In this document: positions 49,068 through 58,593 of the stretch, in pieces
Layout of the letters: the number at the start of each line of letters is the position of its first letter
Numbering within the stretch: the first letter of the stretch is position 1
Assembly (NCBI GenBank): GCA_963802385.1
Contig: CAWDIO010000015.1
Span: 73,179-137,178, forward strand
Source: an uncultured Acidimicrobiales bacterium
GTDB taxonomy: Bacteria > Actinomycetota > Acidimicrobiia > Acidimicrobiales > VFJN01
Direction of reading: 5' to 3'
DNA length: 64,000 bases
Program-made: the position numbers and the translations under genes
Notes under the pieces: generated by a model
What the model saw: the letters and a program-made list of their open reading frames with translations, nothing else
What the model was told of the DNA's origin: nothing
Databases searched by the model: none

Positions 49068-49549
49068 AGCGGGTCGAGGGTGTCGAGCGCGCCCACCGGC
49101 TCCACGAAGCCTTGGGCGGCCTCGACCGCGGCCTCGTCGAACAGGTCGGGGGCCAGGTCGTGCAGCGGCGCGACCACGAAGCGGCGCTCCCACAGCCGGG
49201 GGTGGGGCACCACCAGGTCGGGCTCGTCCACCGTCGTGCCCTCCACCCACAGGACGTCGACGTCGAGCGTGCGGGGGCCCCAGCGCACGTCCCGCACCCG
49301 GCCGGCGGCCGCCTCCAGCCGGTGGCACACGCCCAGCAGGTCGCGCGGCGAGCGGTCCGTGACCAGCTCCACCGCCAGGTTGAGGTAGGGCCCCTGGTCG
49401 TCGGGCCCGCCCACCGGGTCGGTCTCGTACACGGGCGAGACCCGGGCCGGCCCCACCTCGCACAGCGTGGCCACCGCGTCCCGCAGGTACCGGACGCGGT
49501 CGCCGAGGTTGGACCCGAGCCCCAGGAACGCCCGCCGCGGCTCGCTCAC
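49064..49549 (-). CDS. folK: 6-hydroxymethyl-7,8-dihydropterin pyrophosphokinase
   Basis: LGLGSNLG, YETDP, WGPRTLDVD, PHPR. Confidence 0.95.
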   Translation of the reverse strand: MSEPRRAFLGLGSNLGDRVRYLRDAVATLCEVGPARVSPVYETDPVGGPDDQGPYLNLAVELVTDRSPRDLLGVCHRLEAAAGRVRDVRWGPRTLDVDVLWVEGTTVDEPDLVVPHPRLWERRFVVAPLHDLAPDLFDEAAVEAAQGFVEPVGALDTLDPL

Positions 49550-49939
49550 GGCCGCGACCGCACGATCCTCACCCCCGACGAGGCCAGGTCGTGGGGCACG
49601 GGCGGCCGCAGCTTGCGCACGGCCACCTCGACCGCCGCGATGCGGCCGTCGGCCGCCAGCACCGCCTCCGCCACGCCCGCGGCCAGGCGCTCCAGCAGCT
49701 CGACGTGCCCGGCCCGCACCGCCGCCACCGCCGCGTCGCACACGGCCCCGTAGTCGACGGTGTCGGCCAGGGCGTCGCTCGCGCCCGCGGCGGCGAGGTC
49801 GACCGACCAGGTCGAGGTCCAGCTCCAGGGGCTGGTCGGCCTCCTGCTCATGCGGCAGCACCCCGACCCGCGCCATCACCCGCAGGCCCCGCAGCTCGAT
49901 GCGATCGGCCCCGATGCCCGCCGCGGGCGACTCGCTCAC
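49546..49939 (-). CDS. folB: Dihydroneopterin aldolase, frameshift near 49805
   Basis: DRIELRGL, GVLPHEQ, TVDYG, LLERLA, RKLRPP. Confidence 0.92.
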
Positions 49940-50445
49940 TCGGCCGGGGCGCGCAGGTCGTCGGCCGAGGCCACCAGCTCGCGGCCGTAGGGGCCCAGCT
50001 GGCGGCCGGTGAGCCGCTCGGTGACCGAGATGGCCTGGGGGCCGTAGGGCACCAGGCCGGCCCACAGCAGGTAGCCGGCGACCAGCCCGCACACCCGGTC
50101 GCCCACCTCCTCCTGGTGCACCAGCAGCTTCTCGCCGCCGGCCAGCAGGTGGCGCAGCTCGACGTAGAGGTTCTTCTGGAACACCGCCGGGTCGTCGTGG
50201 GGGCCCTGGGGCCGGTGGAGCCAGGCCACGCCCAGCTCGTCGTAGTTGTGCAGGTTGTGGGCGGCGGCGATGAGCGAGATGACGTGGGTGAACCCCTGCT
50301 CGCGGATCCAGATGATCTCCTCCTGGCGGCGCACCCGGCGGTGGTTGGCGCCGTAGCCCCCCGGGCGCTCGCACACGGCGAACCGATCCTTGAGCACCCA
50401 TACGAAGTTGCGCGGGGTGATGCCCTGCGCCCACTTGCCCTTCAT
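49936..50445 (-). CDS. Hypothetical protein, PTP/dual-specificity phosphatase-like but lacking the catalytic Cys
   Basis: NFVWV..FAVCERPG, GFTHVISL, LLVHQEEVGDR...AGYL, where HCX5R appears as HQX5R. Confidence 0.7.
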   Translation of the reverse strand: MKGKWAQGITPRNFVWVLKDRFAVCERPGGYGANHRRVRRQEEIIWIREQGFTHVISLIAAAHNLHNYDELGVAWLHRPQGPHDDPAVFQKNLYVELRHLLAGGEKLLVHQEEVGDRVCGLVAGYLLWAGLVPYGPQAISVTERLTGRQLGPYGRELVASADDLRAPAE

Positions 50446-50474
50446 CGGTGCCACGTCTCGTTCTCCCTTGGTCT

Positions 50475-51275
50475 CTACGCGGCCGGAGCCGCCGCCACCT
50501 CGACCGCGCCCAGCGCCCGCACGGTGGCGCCGACGTCGTGGACCCGCACCATGGCCGCCCCGGCCAGCCGCGCCCACACCGCGGTCGCCAGCGAGCCCTC
50601 GAGCCGGTCGGACTCGGGCGCCACGCCCCCGCCGGGGGTGGCCCGCGCCGCCAGCTGGCCCAGCATCGCCTTGCGGCTCGTGCCCACCAGCACCGGGTAG
50701 CCCGTGGCCACCAGGACGTCGAGGTTGGCCAGCAGGTCGAGGTTGTGGTCCAGCGTCTTGCCGAAGCCGATGCCGGGGTCGACCCACACCTCCGCCACCC
50801 CCGCGGCCCGGGCGGCGTCGGCCCGCGCCACCAGGTAGTCGCGCACCTCGGCCACCACGTCGTCGTAGCGGGGGTCCTGCTGCATGGTGGCGGGGTCGCC
50901 CCGCATGTGCATGGCCACGAAGGCCACGCCGGTGGCGGCGGCCACCGCGGCCAGCGCCGGGCTGGCGCTCACGTCGTTGACCATGCGGGCGCCGGCCGCC
51001 ACCGCGGCCTCGGCCACGGCCGCCTTGCGGGTGTCGATCGACACGGCCACGCCCTCCGCGGCCAGCGCCTCCACCACCGGGAGGACCCGGCGCAGCTCCT
51101 CGGCCTCGGGGACCGGCTCGGCCCGCGGCCGGGTCGACTCTCCGCCCACGTCGATCCAGTGCGCGCCCTGGGCCACCAGGGCCCGGGCGTGGGCGAGCGC
51201 GGCGTCGCGGTCGAGGAAGCGGCCCCCGTCGGAGAAGGAATCAGGGGTCACGTTGACCACGCCCATGACCTGCAC
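50475..51275 (-). CDS. folP: Dihydropteroate synthase
   Basis: NVTPDSFSDGG, GGESTRP, DPGIGFGK, SRK, RVHDV. Confidence 0.96.
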   Translation of the reverse strand: MQVMGVVNVTPDSFSDGGRFLDRDAALAHARALVAQGAHWIDVGGESTRPRAEPVPEAEELRRVLPVVEALAAEGVAVSIDTRKAAVAEAAVAAGARMVNDVSASPALAAVAAATGVAFVAMHMRGDPATMQQDPRYDDVVAEVRDYLVARADAARAAGVAEVWVDPGIGFGKTLDHNLDLLANLDVLVATGYPVLVGTSRKAMLGQLAARATPGGGVAPESDRLEGSLATAVWARLAGAAMVRVHDVGATVRALGAVEVAAAPAA

Positions 51276-51350
51276 GGTCGGACATCCTATGCCGCGCATC
51301 GCGGGCGCCGATGACTCTCTACGCGCTTAAATTCCCACCGTACGTGGCGG

Positions 51351-51965
51351 TCACCTGTTGCCCACGATGAAGCGCATGGCCTCCTCGCGGGTGGCCACGC
51401 TGGTGCGGAACAGGCCCCGCACGGCGGAGGTCACCGTGGTCGAGCCCGGCTTGCGCACGCCTCGCATGGTCATGCACAGGTGCTCGGCCTCCATCACCAC
51501 CATCACGCCCCGGGGGTCGAGCGTGCGGTCGATCTCGTCGGCCACCTGGGCGGTGAGCCGCTCCTGGACCTGGGGCCGCTTGGCGTAGGCGTCCACCAGC
51601 CGGGCCAGCTTGGACAGGCCGGTGATGCGGCCGTCCCGGCCCGGGATGTAGGCCACGTGGGCCCTGCCGATGAACGGGATGATGTGGTGCTCGCACACCG
51701 ACTGGAGCGGGATGTCCCGCACCATCACCATCTCGTCGTGGCCGGCCTCGAAGGTCACGGCCAGGTGGGTGTCGGCGTCCTCGTGCAGGCCCGAGCAGAT
51801 CTCCGCGTACATGCGGGCCACCCGCTCGGGGGTGTCCCGCAGGCCGTCACGCTCGGGGTCCTCGCCGATCGCTTCCAGGATCTCGCGCACGGCCTTGGCG
51901 ATGCGCTCCAGGTCCATCGGGGTGTCGATGGGCGGGAACTCCCGTCCGGGCCACTCGTCGGTCAC
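51351..51965 (-). CDS. folE: GTP cyclohydrolase I
   Basis: [26 protein letters not shown]. Confidence 0.96.
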   Translation of the reverse strand: MTDEWPGREFPPIDTPMDLERIAKAVREILEAIGEDPERDGLRDTPERVARMYAEICSGLHEDADTHLAVTFEAGHDEMVMVRDIPLQSVCEHHIIPFIGRAHVAYIPGRDGRITGLSKLARLVDAYAKRPQVQERLTAQVADEIDRTLDPRGVMVVMEAEHLCMTMRGVRKPGSTTVTSAVRGLFRTSVATREEAMRFIVGNR

Positions 51966-51981
51966 CGGCGGGGCCCCCGGC

Positions 51982-53988
51982 TCATGTGCCCGAGGGCCGA
52001 GGGTGCATGCCCCAGCGCCGCAGCATGCGCCGCCAGGCGGGCTCGGCCGCGGGGGACGGCGCCGGCCGGACCTCGTGGCGCTCGTTGGCCTCGGCCACCG
52101 TCACGCCGTCGTGGACCTCGCGACGGGGACGGAGCCGGGCCGGCTGCTCCAGCTCGTCCAGCGGGACGTCGATGCCGGTGCCCTTGTCGAGCGGGCCGAA
52201 CACCTCGGCCAGGTCCGAGTCGTCGAGCGTCTCCTTCTCGATCAGGGTCGCGGCCAGCCGGTCCAGCGTGCCGCGGTGGGTCGAGAGGATGAAGCGGGCC
52301 CGGTCGTGCGCATGGTCGACGAGCTGGCGCACCTCGTCGTCGATGAGGCCGGCGAGGTCGTCGGAGTAGGTGGCCTCGTGGCCGTAGTCGCGGCCCAGGA
52401 ACACCTCGCCCGACTTGGTGCCGAGCTGCTGGGGGCCGAGCCGGTCGCTCATGCCGTAGGTGGTGACCATGGCCCGGGCGATCTCGGTGCAGCGCTCGAT
52501 GTCGTCGCTGGCCCCGGTGGTGGGCTCGCCGAACACCAGCTCCTCGGACGTGCGCCCGCCCAGCAGCATGGTCATGGTGTCGACCAGCTCGGAGCGGGTC
52601 TTGAGGTACTTGTCCTCTTCGGGCAGGGCCAGGGTCCAGCCCAGAGCCCGGCCCCGGGACACGATCGACACCTTGTGGATCGGGTCGGTGCCCTCCAGCA
52701 CGTGGCCCACCAGGGTGTGGCCGCCCTCGTGGTAGGCGATGACCCGCTTCTCCTGCTCGGACATCACGCGGGTCTTGCGCTCGGGGCCGGCCAGCACCCG
52801 GTCGATGGCGTCCTCCATGGCGGCCATGGTGATGTCGGCGCCCCGGCGGCGGGCGGTGAGCAGCGCGGCCTCGTTCATGAGGTTGGCCAGGTCCGCACCG
52901 GTGAAGCCGGGCGTGCGCCGGGCCAGCACGTCGAGCCGCACGTCGGCGGCCAGCGGCTTGCCCTTGGCGTGGACGTCGAGGATGGCCTTGCGGCCCTCCA
53001 GGTCGGGCTGGTCGACCACGATCTGGCGGTCGAAGCGCCCGGGCCGCAGCAGCGCGGGGTCGAGGATGTCGGGCCGGTTGGTGGCGGCGATGAGGATGAC
53101 GCCGGTGCGGGCGTCGAACCCGTCCATCTCCACCAGCAGCTGGTTGAGGGTCTGCTCCCGCTCGTCGTGGCCGCCGCCCATGCCCGCGCCCCGGTGGCGG
53201 CCGACCGCGTCGATCTCGTCCACGAACACGATGGCGGGCGCCGCCTGCTTGGCCTTGTCGAACAGGTCGCGCACCCGGCTGGCGCCGACGCCCACGAACA
53301 TCTCGACGAAGTCGGAGCCGGAGATGGGGAAGAACGGCACGCCGGCCTCGCCGGCCACGGCCCGGGCCAGCAGGGTCTTGCCGGTGCCGGGCGGGCCGTA
53401 GAGCAGCACGCCCTTGGGGATGCGGGCGCCGATGGCCTGGAAGCGGGCGGGGTCCTGGAGGAACTCCTTGATCTCCTGGAGCTCCTCGACCGCCTCGTCG
53501 CACCCGGCCACGTCGGCGAAGGTGACCGAGGGCTCGTCCTTGCCCACCTGCTTGGCCCGCGACTTGCCGAACTGCATGACGCCCTTGCCGCCGCCCTGGA
53601 GCACGTTCATGACCAGCAGGAACGCGCCCACGAGCAGGACCGTGGGCAGCAGGGACACGAGCAGGCCGGTCCACATGGAGTCCGACTGCTGGTCGGTGGT
53701 CACCTCGACCGGCGGGTCGGCCTCGTGCAGGTCGTTGACGAGCTCGTCCGCGTACTCGGCCGGGAAGGCCACCTCGTACTCGGTGTCGTCGCTCATCTTG
53801 CCCACCACGACGTGGTCGTGGTCCTTGATCTCGGCGGTGGCGACTTCGCCGTCCTCGACGGCCTGGGTGAACTCGCTGAGGTCGATCTCCTCCCGCTCGG
53901 TGCCCCGGGTGGAGAACCGGATGCCCACGAAGAGCACGGCGGCGCCGAGGAGGAGATACAGCAGGGCAGCGCGGGGGAAGCGTTTCAC
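51982..53988 (-). CDS. ftsH: ATP-dependent zinc metalloprotease FtsH
   Basis: Two TM helices, [24 protein letters not shown]. Confidence 0.97.
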   Translation of the reverse strand: MKRFPRAALLYLLLGAAVLFVGIRFSTRGTEREEIDLSEFTQAVEDGEVATAEIKDHDHVVVGKMSDDTEYEVAFPAEYADELVNDLHEADPPVEVTTDQQSDSMWTGLLVSLLPTVLLVGAFLLVMNVLQGGGKGVMQFGKSRAKQVGKDEPSVTFADVAGCDEAVEELQEIKEFLQDPARFQAIGARIPKGVLLYGPPGTGKTLLARAVAGEAGVPFFPISGSDFVEMFVGVGASRVRDLFDKAKQAAPAIVFVDEIDAVGRHRGAGMGGGHDEREQTLNQLLVEMDGFDARTGVILIAATNRPDILDPALLRPGRFDRQIVVDQPDLEGRKAILDVHAKGKPLAADVRLDVLARRTPGFTGADLANLMNEAALLTARRRGADITMAAMEDAIDRVLAGPERKTRVMSEQEKRVIAYHEGGHTLVGHVLEGTDPIHKVSIVSRGRALGWTLALPEEDKYLKTRSELVDTMTMLLGGRTSEELVFGEPTTGASDDIERCTEIARAMVTTYGMSDRLGPQQLGTKSGEVFLGRDYGHEATYSDDLAGLIDDEVRQLVDHAHDRARFILSTHRGTLDRLAATLIEKETLDDSDLAEVFGPLDKGTGIDVPLDELEQPARLRPRREVHDGVTVAEANERHEVRPAPSPAAEPAWRRMLRRWGMHPRPSGT

Positions 53989-54024
53989 GGTGGCGATCAG
54001 GCTACCGGTGCGGTCACACGCTCG

Positions 54025-54624
54025 TCAGACCGAGCCGCGGAACTCGCACACGTACGGCAGGTTGCGGAACCGCTCGCCGACGTCGAGCCCGTAGCCCAGC
54101 ACGAAGGCCGGCGGGATCTTGAAGCCCACGTAGCGCAGCTCCTCCCGGGTCTTCTGGTTGCCCTCGCGCACGAACAGCGCGCACACGTCGAGGCTGGCCG
54201 GCTGGCGGGCCGCCAGGTTGCGGCGGAGGTAGGTGAGGGTCAGGCCCGAGTCGACGATGTCCTCGACCAGCAGGACGTGGCGCCCGGCCAGGTCGATGTC
54301 CAGGTCCTTGACGATGCGCACCACGCCGGAGGACTTGGTGGAGGCGCCGTAGGACGACACGGCCATGAAGTCGACCTCGAGAGGCAGCCGTATGACCCGG
54401 GCCAGGTCGGCCAGGAACACGAACGCGCCCTTGAGCACGCAGATGAGAAGCGGTGCGCGGCCCGCGTAGTCGGCCGTGATCTGCTCGCCCAGCTCGGCGA
54501 TGCGGCGGCGGATCTCGGCCTCGGTGACGACCACGGGCCCGAGCGCGGGCTCCTCGATGTGGTGCGCGAAGCCATCCCCGTCGCGGCCGCTCACGACGAG
54601 GTCGCCGGGGGGATCGGTCGGCAT
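54025..54624 (-). CDS. hpt: Hypoxanthine phosphoribosyltransferase
   Basis: LKGA, SSYG, VEDIVDSGLT, GYGLD. Confidence 0.95.
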   Translation of the reverse strand: MPTDPPGDLVVSGRDGDGFAHHIEEPALGPVVVTEAEIRRRIAELGEQITADYAGRAPLLICVLKGAFVFLADLARVIRLPLEVDFMAVSSYGASTKSSGVVRIVKDLDIDLAGRHVLLVEDIVDSGLTLTYLRRNLAARQPASLDVCALFVREGNQKTREELRYVGFKIPPAFVLGYGLDVGERFRNLPYVCEFRGSV

Positions 54625-54677
54625 GCGCCGCTGAACCTAGCGGCCGCCGCGGGCGGTGGTCGAGGCACCCACTCGAC

Positions 54678-54701
54678 AGTATTGACCATAACGTCAATAC
54701 T
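54678..54701. promoter_or_regulatory. AT-rich perfect inverted repeat, candidate operator
   Basis: agtattgac-N6-gtcaatact in the divergent hpt/kinase intergenic region. Confidence 0.55.
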
Positions 54702-54864
54702 TTGGTAGCTTCGTCCGTGCGGCCTCGCTCCGAGCCCGCAGGAACACAGAGCACGAGCTGAGGACGCTCTATAACATTCGGGCACCCCAATAAATGGGGG
54801 TGTTATCGACCCACCGCCGCGAGAACTGCGCGGTCGGGTAGTGAGGGGGGTCGGGGGAACGCTC

Positions 54865-56679
54865 ATGAGGGAAGGGGAGCGCCGCCGGTGGTGGCCGTGG
54901 GGGCGGCCGGCCGACCAGGGGAGGGACGCGCTCGTCGTCTTCCCCTACGTGCGCCATCTGGGGGTGGCGTGGGTCTGCCTCACCGTGCCCCTCGTGACCT
55001 GGGCGGCGACCACCGTCGACTCGCCCTCCGACTACATCTTCGTCCTCATCTACCTGGCCTGCGGCACCTACACGTCGCCCGCGCTGGTCGTCGGCTTCTA
55101 CACGGCCCGCCGGGCCCGCGAGTGCCGGGCGGGGTTCCGCCTGCTCTACGCCGGCCTGGTCGTCATGTGGATCATCGGCGTCGGCATGCTGGTCGGCGTC
55201 CGCACCGGCTGGCACTGGGCCAACGTGTTGGGCCTGCCCCTGGTGGCGCTGAGCGGCGGCCTCAAGATCACCGGGCTGGCCATGCTGGTGCGCAGCCGCT
55301 CCGGCCGCCGGGCCCTGACCGTCGACGTGGTCGAGGCCCTGGCCGCGGTGGTGGCGCTGACCGCGCCGCTGGCCGTGCTGTGGGGCCCCGCCGTGGTCGG
55401 GGCCGAAGCGGCGTGGTTCACGGTGCCCGCCGCGCTGACCCTGGTGTTCACGGTGGCCGGGATCTACTGGACCGCGGTGCTGTGCGTGCGCATGGGCCCC
55501 GGCCCCCGCATGTTCGGGATCTGCTCCCTGGCGCTGTCCATCGCGGGGACCGTGAACGTGGCGCTCCAGACCGCCCAGGGCGTGTCGGACTTCACCCTGC
55601 CGGCCCCGCCGCTCATCTTCGTCAACGCCCTCACCGTCAGCATGTACTTCCTGGTGCCGCTGTACGCGCCCCGGCTGATGGGCCCCGGCCTCGGCCGGCT
55701 GCCGCTCCAGGCCCAGGTCCGGGGCGCCCGCCTGGCCACCGCGCTGCCGCTGGCGGGCCTGGCCGCCCTGCTGGGCGCCACCGCGCTGGTGGCCGACGAG
55801 CGCCCATGGACGGTGGCGTTCGCGCTGGGAGTGGTGGCCCTGCTGTTCGTGCTGGCGGCGCTGCGCCAGCTGGCGGCCATCGGCGAGACCCGTCGCCTGT
55901 ACCGCCAGGTGGAGGTCGCCTCGGAGGAGCGCGGCCGCCTCCTGTCCCAGATGCTGGAGCGCTCGGTCCACGACCGGCGCCACTTCGCCCGCCAGCTCCA
56001 CGAGCAGGCCGTCTCGGCGGCCGTGTCGTTCGCCACGCTGGCCGGCGCCGGCTACGAGCCCACCGGCGGCTCCGGGATGGTGACCGAGGCGTCGGTGCTG
56101 GTCCGGGGCGAGCTGGGCCGCCACGCCGACTCGCTGCGGGACCTGATGATGGCCATCCGGCCCCCCGACGGCGACCGCCAGACCGACGAGCGCCTGCGCA
56201 CGCCGATCGCCGCCCACTTCGCCTCCGTGTACGGCGACGGGCTGAGCCCCCGCCTGCGGGTGGACGTGACCGGAGACCTGGTGCTCGACTGGGTGACCGA
56301 GACGGTGGTGCTCCAGATCGTCCACGAGGCGCTGCACAACGTCTGGCGCCACAGCGACGCCTGCGAGGTCCAGGTGACGATCGAGCCGGACGGCGGCGCG
56401 GTCCGCCTGCGGATACGGGACGACGGCGAGGGGTTCGACCCCGAGGCGGTCCCCGAGAGCCCGGGGATCGTCAGCATGCGCGCGTCCGCCGCGGTGGTGG
56501 GCGGCACGCTCACGGTCTCGTCGCACCCGGGCGAGGGCACCACCATCGACGCCCGCCTCGGCGGCCTGTGGCCCGAGCCCGCCCCCCACCGGACCCCGCC
56601 CGCCGTCACCCCGAGCGCCCCCCGCAAGTTCCGCCCCCCGAGCCTGCGCCTCGTCTCCGACCCCCGCCAGTCGGGCTGA
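54865..56679 (+). CDS. Orphan polytopic membrane sensor histidine kinase
   Basis: Many hydrophobic helices, then FARQLHE, EALHNVWRH, DDGEGF, GEGTT. Confidence 0.82.
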   Translation: MREGERRRWWPWGRPADQGRDALVVFPYVRHLGVAWVCLTVPLVTWAATTVDSPSDYIFVLIYLACGTYTSPALVVGFYTARRARECRAGFRLLYAGLVVMWIIGVGMLVGVRTGWHWANVLGLPLVALSGGLKITGLAMLVRSRSGRRALTVDVVEALAAVVALTAPLAVLWGPAVVGAEAAWFTVPAALTLVFTVAGIYWTAVLCVRMGPGPRMFGICSLALSIAGTVNVALQTAQGVSDFTLPAPPLIFVNALTVSMYFLVPLYAPRLMGPGLGRLPLQAQVRGARLATALPLAGLAALLGATALVADERPWTVAFALGVVALLFVLAALRQLAAIGETRRLYRQVEVASEERGRLLSQMLERSVHDRRHFARQLHEQAVSAAVSFATLAGAGYEPTGGSGMVTEASVLVRGELGRHADSLRDLMMAIRPPDGDRQTDERLRTPIAAHFASVYGDGLSPRLRVDVTGDLVLDWVTETVVLQIVHEALHNVWRHSDACEVQVTIEPDGGAVRLRIRDDGEGFDPEAVPESPGIVSMRASAAVVGGTLTVSSHPGEGTTIDARLGGLWPEPAPHRTPPAVTPSAPRKFRPPSLRLVSDPRQSG

Positions 56680-56733
56680 CATCCCCGAGTCCGGATGACC
56701 CCCGTAAGTAGGGCTGACCCCCCGTTGCCGACC
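56658..56733. repeat. 19-bp-period imperfect tandem repeats, candidate response-regulator binding sites
   Basis: Units at 56658 cgacccccgccagtcgggc, 56677 tgacatccccgagtccgga, 56696 tgacccccgtaagtagggc and 56715 tgaccccccg. Confidence 0.55.
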
Positions 56734-56762
56734 CCGGAAGCTCTCCCCCACTCCCCTCCCCC

Positions 56763-56784
56763 GATAGGTAGGTAGCCTACCTAT
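56763..56784. repeat. Palindrome taggtag-c-ctaccta, copy 1
   Basis: gataggtaggtagcctacctat. Confidence 0.8.
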
Positions 56785-56867
56785 ACCATCGAGTGCGGGG
56801 GCCACCGGTCCTCGACCACGCCCGGGTGGTAGCGCCGTCCGGTCGGCGGCTGTCAGAGTGCGGGGCC

Positions 56868-57663
56868 GTGGACCTGACCTTCTTCCGGATGAGCACGCTC
56901 GTGCTGGCGCTGGCGCTCGCGCTGCTGGTGGGCGGGGCCGCGACGGTGGGGACGATCGTCGGTCGCCGGCTCCGCGCCCGGCCCGAGCCCAACCACGTGC
57001 CCGTCGGGGTCGTCCAGGCGGCCTTGCTCGGTCTCATCGGCCTCGTGCTCGCGTTCGGCCTGACGATGGCGGTCGGGCGCTACGACAACCGCCGCGCCAT
57101 CGTCGTCCAGGAGGCGAACGACATCACCACGACGTACCTGCGCGCGCAGCTGATCAGCGAGCCGAGCCGCGCGGAATCGCTCGACCTCCTGCGGCAGCTA
57201 CGCCGACCAGGCGGTCGACCTGGCCGACCAGGTGCCCGACAGCGACCGGTTCGACGAGGACCTGGGCCGCATGACGAGTTGCAGCGGGCCCTGTGGGGCG
57301 AGGCCGGCGACGCCGTGCGGACCGACCCGACGGGGACGGCGCCGCGGCTGTACATCGAGTCGCTCAACGAGATGTTCGACTCGCGCACCGACCACGTCAC
57401 CTCGCTGCGCAACCGCGTGCCGAGCACCGTCGTCCTCCTCCAGGTGCTCGGCGGCGCGGTGGCGGTCGGCGCGCTGTCGCTCTACCTGGCCCTGCTCGGG
57501 CGGGGGCTGCTGACCTCGCTCGTGGCCGCCACGGTGGTGTTCGTGATCCTGTTCATCTCCGCTCGACCTCGACCGGCCCCATCGGGGCCTCATCACCGTG
57601 CCGGACGAGCCGCTCGTCACCGCCCGGGCCACGATGGACGAGCCTCCCGCCGCCACTCCCTAG
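56868..57663 (+). CDS. DUF4239/bestrophin-like membrane protein (several frameshifts)
   Basis: LLGLIGLVLAFGLTMA.GRYDNRR, EANDI.T.YLRA, SLNEMFD, DLDRP..GLI. Confidence 0.75.
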
Positions 57664-57682
57664 ATAGGTAGCCTACCTATCT
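57660..57682. repeat. Palindrome agataggtag-c-ctacctatct, copy 2
   Basis: Perfect 10-bp arms, with stop codons in all six frames across 57660-57679. Confidence 0.85.
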
Positions 57683-58588
57683 GGAGGAGGTGGAGGGAGC
57701 GCCGGGCTCCAGGCGCAGGCGGCCGGCGGTGCGAGCCACGCGCCAGCCGCCCGCCAGCTCGCACGCCACCGCCTCGCCCCGGGCCACGGCCAGCACGCGG
57801 GCCACCGCGGCCGCGTCCGGGGGGTGCTGCTCGGGGCCGCCGGGTCCGGCGGTGCGCAGCCAGGACCGGACCGCCCGCCGGGCCAGGGCCGCGGGGGCCG
57901 CCGCCAGGGCGCGGGCGTCCGTGGGGTCCACGGCCACCGCCAGCTCGTCCAGCAGCACCATGTCGTCGCGGGCCAGGTCGGCCTGGCGGGCCAGCACCGG
58001 CACCACGTCGCGGGCGGCGACGGCCGACAGCAGCGGGATCAGCTCGTGGCGCACCCGGTTCCGCCGGTAGGCCGGATCGTGGTTGGACGGGTCGACCACC
58101 GGGTCCAGCCCCAGCGCCAGGCACAGCGCCCTCGTCTCGAACCGGCGCAGGCGCCGCAGCGGCCGCCGGGCCGGGTCCATCCCCGCGAGCCCGTCCAGCG
58201 CCGCGCCCCGCACCAGGTTGAGCAGCACGGTCTCGGCCTGGTCGTCGGCGGTGTGGCCCACCAGCGCGCCCGGGGGCAGCGCCGCGTAGCGGGCGGCCCG
58301 GGCACGCGCCTCCACGTTGGGCCCCGGCTCCACGCTCACCCGCTCGGACCGGAACGCCGCGCCCAGGCGCTCGGCCGCGGCCCGCACCACCTCCGCCTCC
58401 CGGTCCGAGCCGGGCCGCAGCCCGTGGTCGACGTGGACGGCGGTGACCACGCAGCCCGCCTCGACCGCCAGCGCCAGCAACGCCAGCGAGTCGGCCCCGC
58501 CGGACACTGCGCAGCACACCGTGGTGCCCGCAGGGGGAAAGTCGCAGCGGGCCGCCAGCTCGGCGAGCAGGCCGGGCGCCTCGGCCAG
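57677..58588 (-). CDS. tilS: tRNA(Ile)-lysidine synthetase (start uncertain)
   Basis: AVSGGADS, HVDHGLR, GHTADDQAET, DPSN, RNRVRH. Confidence 0.93.
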   Translation of the reverse strand: MAEAPGLLAELAARCDFPPAGTTVCCAVSGGADSLALLALAVEAGCVVTAVHVDHGLRPGSDREAEVVRAAAERLGAAFRSERVSVEPGPNVEARARAARYAALPPGALVGHTADDQAETVLLNLVRGAALDGLAGMDPARRPLRRLRRFETRALCLALGLDPVVDPSNHDPAYRRNRVRHELIPLLSAVAARDVVPVLARQADLARDDMVLLDELAVAVDPTDARALAAAPAALARRAVRSWLRTAGPGGPEQHPPDAAAVARVLAVARGEAVACELAGGWRVARTAGRLRLEPGAPSTSSR

Positions 58589-58593
58589 TGCCG

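Noticed and set aside
56763-56784. Canonical IdeR/DtxR iron box
   Set aside because: Each arm is one base shorter than the 19-bp consensus, and the second copy sits between convergent gene ends. Kept only as a resemblance.
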